64,000 nucleotides of DNA from an uncultured Bacilli bacterium. GTDB taxonomy: Bacteria; Bacillota_I; Bacilli_A; RF39; UBA660. Positions 60,211-64,000 of this stretch are shown piece by piece. The number at the start of each line of letters is the position of its first letter. Positions within the stretch are counted from its first letter, which is position 1. The position numbers and the translations under genes are program-made. The notes under the pieces are model-generated. The model did no database searches, was not told the DNA's origin, and was given only the letters and a program-made list of their open reading frames with translations. Location of the stretch: contig CALVUP010000001.1 in the NCBI GenBank assembly GCA_944363635.1, forward strand, positions 16,235 to 80,234, given 5' to 3'.

Positions 60211-60832
60211 TATATTATTAAATTTTTCGAAAGAAAAACTACTTGAATTTTATGAATGGGAAAAAGATGATAAAATCGATCATGTAAAAAAAATAAAGCT
60301 TTTAAAAATCGATTCAAAAGTTATGGATGATTTTATAGATTATACTGTAACAATTCTAGATGAAAAAAAAGAAGAAATAAAAAATGGAATGGAACTGTTT
60401 AAAAACAAACAAATTAAATCAGCTATGTTATTTACGGATGGTTATCGTGTATTAGCGATTCTTTTTAATGAACAGTACAAAAGCATAGCCAAATCCAAAT
60501 TGCTATTAGAAGAAGAACTCGATGTACTTGATATTGCTGAGAAATTAAATACTGTAAATATGGTATATAAAAAAACAGCCAAAAAAAATCTATTGTTTTT
60601 AACTAGGCGTGAATTTGAAATCAAATGTTATTTAGAAAAAGAGTTAAAAAAAGCCTATAAAAAACAAGATATCAATAAATTAACCTATATCTATATGGAA
60701 TATTTTGATGGAGAAGAAAAAGATTTTGAAAAGATGTATATTCAACTGAAAAACAGTTTACAGGAAATCAATGAAAAACATATCAAAATTTTTGATATGC
60801 TTACTTGTAATCGAAACAAACAGATTAACTAA
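60194..60832 (+). CDS. hypothetical protein
   Basis: AGGGAG RBS before ATG 60194 (track 60146 extension rejected). Confidence 0.4.
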   Translation: MLYIYDILLNFSKEKLLEFYEWEKDDKIDHVKKIKLLKIDSKVMDDFIDYTVTILDEKKEEIKNGMELFKNKQIKSAMLFTDGYRVLAILFNEQYKSIAKSKLLLEEELDVLDIAEKLNTVNMVYKKTAKKNLLFLTRREFEIKCYLEKELKKAYKKQDINKLTYIYMEYFDGEEKDFEKMYIQLKNSLQEINEKHIKIFDMLTCNRNKQIN

Positions 60833-61098
60833 AAGAAGAAGTTGTTATTATTTGGCATACCCCAGAAAAAAGGACTGGGTGCAGGGAAAAATGGTCCACA
60901 ACAAGGTCTAAAATTATTATTGTTATTGTTGTTATTTCCTATAGCATAACCAACAGCTCCACCGACCAAAAGAGGAACCCATGTACTTCCACCAAAACGA
61001 TCTTCTCTTTTTACCCATTGAATGTTGTCATTTGAAAAGTTTGGATTTGGGTTTTGAAATCTCGTATTATTTGATACAACATATGAATTAGGATACAT
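60829..61098 (-). CDS. small Asn/Gly/Pro/Phe-rich protein with poly-N tract
   Basis: AAAGGAG RBS. 'GGAVGYAIGNNNNNNNNFRPCCGPFFPAPSPFFWGMPNNNN'. Convergent with the upstream gene. Confidence 0.4.
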   Translation of the reverse strand: MYPNSYVVSNNTRFQNPNPNFSNDNIQWVKREDRFGGSTWVPLLVGGAVGYAIGNNNNNNNNFRPCCGPFFPAPSPFFWGMPNNNNFFF

Positions 61099-61152
61099 AA
61101 AAATACTCCTTTCTATTTTATTTTATGTTATAATGATAAAAGAGGTGATAAC

Positions 61153-62265
61153 ATGAAAGATGCCGTTTATACATTAGCCCATACCATTGCCAATTATTCT
61201 TTAGCTTTAAAAGAAAATGAAAAAGTTTTATTAGTAACAACTTCCCTAGAAACAAGAGATCTTTTAGAAGCTTTGATCGATGAAATAACAAAGTTAAAAG
61301 CTATTGTTTCCATTCGTATTTCCGATCAAGCCCTAGCGGCACAAATCATCGAAAAATCTTCAGAAAAAAGAATTGAACTCATAAAAAAACAAGACGCTTT
61401 TGATGTGGAAAACTTTGATGCTTTTATTAGTATTGTTTATTCGATTAATGATTATGAAGGAAAAAACATTTCTAAAGAAATAAGAAGAAAACAAGGAGAA
61501 GCTTTAAAAGAAAGTCATGAAAAGAAAATAAATGAAAGAAAATGGGTATTATTAAATTATCCATCTCCACTGGATGCTTATAAAGCAAAAATGGAATATC
61601 GTGATTTTAAAAAATATGCATTTGAAGTTATGAATGTCGATTATCAGGCTATGCATGAAAAAATGAAACCATTAAAAGAATTAATGGATAAAACCGATAA
61701 AGTACGAATTGTTGCGAAGGATACCGATCTTACATTTTCAATTAAAGGAATGCCATCTATTCCTTGTGTAGGCGATAAAAATATTCCAGATGGCGAACTT
61801 TACTCCGCGCCTATTAAAGACAGTGTAAATGGTAAAATTACATACAATACACCGAGTCCATACAACGGGAATGTATATACCAATGTTTCTTTAACTTTTA
61901 AAGATGGAAAAATTATAGAAGCCACTTGTAATGAAGACAATGATAAATTAAATGAAATTTTTAACACGGATGAAGGAGCAAGATATGTTGGAGAATTTTC
62001 GTTAGGATTTAATCCAAAAATTATAAACCCTATGGGAGATATCTTATACGATGAAAAAATATTCGGTTCTCTACACTTTACTCCAGGTTGTTGCTATGAT
62101 GATTGTGATAATAAGAACAAATCCTCAATTCACTGGGATATGGTTTTAATTCAAAGAAAAGAATATGGTGGTGGAGAAATCTATTTTGATGATGTGTTGA
62201 TTCGAAAAGATGGACTATTTGTACTTCCAGAATTAAAAGAATTAAATTTTGGTTATGAGAAATAA
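61153..62265 (+). CDS. M29-family aminopeptidase (AmpS/PepS-like)
   Basis: Thermophilic-metalloprotease pattern including 'GEFSLGFNP' and 'HWDMV'. GAGGTGA RBS. Confidence 0.75.
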   Translation: MKDAVYTLAHTIANYSLALKENEKVLLVTTSLETRDLLEALIDEITKLKAIVSIRISDQALAAQIIEKSSEKRIELIKKQDAFDVENFDAFISIVYSINDYEGKNISKEIRRKQGEALKESHEKKINERKWVLLNYPSPLDAYKAKMEYRDFKKYAFEVMNVDYQAMHEKMKPLKELMDKTDKVRIVAKDTDLTFSIKGMPSIPCVGDKNIPDGELYSAPIKDSVNGKITYNTPSPYNGNVYTNVSLTFKDGKIIEATCNEDNDKLNEIFNTDEGARYVGEFSLGFNPKIINPMGDILYDEKIFGSLHFTPGCCYDDCDNKNKSSIHWDMVLIQRKEYGGGEIYFDDVLIRKDGLFVLPELKELNFGYEK

Positions 62266-62326
62266 AATATAAGTTGCGAAATCATAAAAAAAATGATACG
62301 ATAAAGACATAGTAGGAGGGATAAAA

Positions 62327-62626
62327 ATGGCAGAAGAAAAGAAAACCAAAACAACAACGAAAAAAACAACGACAAAAAAACCAGCATCCAAAAAGACTAC
62401 AGCAACAAAAACAACAAAAAAGACAACAAGTACAAAAAAACCATCTACTCAATCTACCAAAAAACAAACAAGACCTATTGAAGAAAATAAAACAAGTGTA
62501 GTAGAAAAGAAAGTAGAAACAAAAGAAAACGATTTTGTAGAAGCAAGTGAAAGAACAAAAAATTTAGCTTACGCTTTAATTTTTATCTTACTTGCGGTTG
62601 TAGTCCTTTTATTAGCAGTTGAATAA
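62327..62626 (+). CDS. Lys/Thr-rich basic protein with C-terminal tail-anchor TM
   Basis: AGGAGGG RBS. N-terminal (K/T)n low complexity. C-terminal 'LAYALIFILLAVVVLLLAVE'. Confidence 0.5.
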   Translation: MAEEKKTKTTTKKTTTKKPASKKTTATKTTKKTTSTKKPSTQSTKKQTRPIEENKTSVVEKKVETKENDFVEASERTKNLAYALIFILLAVVVLLLAVE

Positions 62627-62686
62627 ACTGCTTTTTTTGTTTGTGTTTTTGCTTTTTATATAATACAATAAATATAGGTGGTATCC

Positions 62687-63601
62687 ATGAAAGAAATAAC
62701 ACAAATTGTGACATTGAAAGAAGAAGACGAAACGAATTTAAAAATAAATTATAAAAAAGCTTTAGAAGATTCTACGTTTAAAGAATGGATTCAAACATAT
62801 TCTATCCCATCTTCCTTAGCTATGAAATATACTTCTAGATTGCAAGAGGCTAAAGAAGAACAAGCACATTGTAAAAATTGTAAGAGTTTACTAGAGTGTA
62901 AGAATAAAATTCAAGGATTTTGTTATACGCCTAAAGTAAATAAGGAAACTATAGATTTTTCTTATGTTTCATGTCGTTATGAAAACCGTTTCTTAGAAGA
63001 TACGAAGTATCAACAGTATGTTACTTTATTTGATATTCCTAAAGAAATTAAAAACGCATCATTAAAAGAAATCTATACCGATGATAAAAACCGCTTGCCT
63101 ATTATTAAATTTATTAAAAAGTTTATAGATGAATATAAAAAAGGAAATAAGCAAAAAGGACTTTATTTATCTGGAAGTTTCGGTTCAGGAAAAACCTATT
63201 TACTTGCTGCCCTTTTTAATGAACTCGCAAAACAAAAAGTAAATAGCATTATTGTTTATTTTCCAGAATTTTTAAGAAAGTTAAAATCTTCTTTTAATGA
63301 GAATAATTATGAAGAAAGATTTGATTTAATTAAAAAAGTAGATCTTTTACTTATTGATGATATTGGGGCAGAAAACTTAACACCTTGGGGTAGAGATGAA
63401 GTTTTAGGTGTTATTTTACAATATCGAATGGATGAAAATTTACCAACTTTTTTTACATCTAATTTAACCATAGAAGAATTAGAAAAGCACTTAAGTTGTA
63501 CAAGTAGTGGTATTGATAAAGTAAAAGCAAGAAGAATTGTCGAAAGAATTAAACAGTTAACTATACCCCTTGAATTAGTAAGCAAGAATAGAAGAAAATA
63601 A
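62687..63601 (+). CDS. dnaI: primosomal helicase loader DnaI/DnaC-family ATPase
   Basis: N-terminal Cys cluster 'CKNCKSLLECKN'. Walker A 'GSFGSGKTYLLAAL'. Walker B 'LLLIDDIGAE'. Start ATG 62687 after AGGTGG. Confidence 0.75.
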   Translation: MKEITQIVTLKEEDETNLKINYKKALEDSTFKEWIQTYSIPSSLAMKYTSRLQEAKEEQAHCKNCKSLLECKNKIQGFCYTPKVNKETIDFSYVSCRYENRFLEDTKYQQYVTLFDIPKEIKNASLKEIYTDDKNRLPIIKFIKKFIDEYKKGNKQKGLYLSGSFGSGKTYLLAALFNELAKQKVNSIIVYFPEFLRKLKSSFNENNYEERFDLIKKVDLLLIDDIGAENLTPWGRDEVLGVILQYRMDENLPTFFTSNLTIEELEKHLSCTSSGIDKVKARRIVERIKQLTIPLELVSKNRRK

Positions 63602-63724
63602 TTTCAATAAATATAGATGTAACCATAGTTTACGTAAAGTGAAAAATACGTAAACTTTTTTATATAAAATTCTCGATTCGAAAGGGATAGATAGTATAAT
63701 GAAAATAGAGAGAGGAGAGTAAAA

Positions 63725-64000
63725 ATGGAAGAAAAAAAGAAAAGTAGTAAAGAAAAAACAGTTGTTATTGTAATATTGATTTTAATTATTTTAGGACTTG
63801 CAGGCTATATTGTTTATGACAAAGATTTATTAGGATTAAAAGAGAAAGCAGCTTCTGAAGAACAAAAAGAAGATAATTCAGAAACGCAAGAAGAACAAGG
63901 AACAGCGTTATCAGTAACGGATACAACAGTAACGGATTTAATGAATCAAATGAATATTTCTACAACAACAGATACGAAAAAAATGGATGGATATTTTTAT
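63725..64000 (+). CDS. membrane protein, 3' end outside the window
   Basis: GAGAGGAG RBS. MEEKKKSSKEK... then TM 'VVIVILILIILGLAGYIV'. ORF runs off the window. Confidence 0.4.
   Translation, partial: MEEKKKSSKEKTVVIVILILIILGLAGYIVYDKDLLGLKEKAASEEQKEDNSETQEEQGTALSVTDTTVTDLMNQMNISTTTDTKKMDGYFY

Noticed and set aside
1-64000. Search for CRISPR arrays, reverse transcriptases, integrases and transposases
   Set aside because: No regularly spaced direct repeats, RT motifs (YxDD), tyrosine or serine recombinase motifs, or DDE transposase signatures were seen. The only repeat families are the TA-like elements and the 57-bp coding repeat.

Overview
This is a low-GC (about 28-30%) Firmicutes chromosomal segment with standard code, dense mostly plus-strand genes and AGGAGG-type ribosome-binding sites. 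A SpoVID-like and a YsxE/CotS-like gene sit next to valS, as in Bacillus, which suggests a spore-forming lineage (Clostridia or Erysipelotrichia-like).

The core backbone is well supported by sequence:
- valS, preceded by a T-box leader and an HD-domain gene.
- dnaG, rpoD and a trmK-like methyltransferase.
- glyQS and mtaB, with a Gly-type T-box further upstream.
- Two ftsW/rodA paralogues, comEA, comEC, tkt, a PBP2B/SpoVD-like gene and mraY.
- gmk, a Qng1 queuosine-salvage gene, an M29 aminopeptidase and dnaI.

Three tRNAs are present that no ORF track can show: tRNA-Thr(GGU), tRNA-Gln(CUG) and tRNA-Thr(CGU).

The accessory content is concentrated between and after these tRNAs:
1. Three paralogous type-I toxin-antitoxin-like modules. 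Each has a 25-30 aa hydrophobic peptide gene on the minus strand, a convergent plus-strand promoter and a shared bidirectional terminator. Two sit in tandem upstream of dnaG and one follows the tRNA pair.
2. A tRNA-proximal module with a WYL-domain regulator followed by a tightly coupled three-gene operon: a double-SIS protein, a Ham1/ITPase-like NTP pyrophosphatase and a 131-aa unknown. This is my best candidate for an undescribed regulated system.
3. A roughly 6 kb tRNA-bracketed block of unknowns. It holds an S51-peptidase/transglutaminase-like fusion, an ECF-type sigma factor plus partner, a two-domain P-loop protein and a gene under a consensus promoter interrupted by an in-frame TAA.
4. 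A dinJ-yafQ pair whose toxin carries a 1-nt deletion.
5. A truncated VirD4/TraG-type coupling-protein gene at the window start, with a long repetitive tail.

Other notable items are a perfect 5 x 57-bp tandem repeat inside a membrane-protein gene next to pbp and two dockerin/cadherin-like surface proteins. No CRISPR array, reverse transcriptase, integrase or transposase was seen. All function calls rest on motif recognition by eye.
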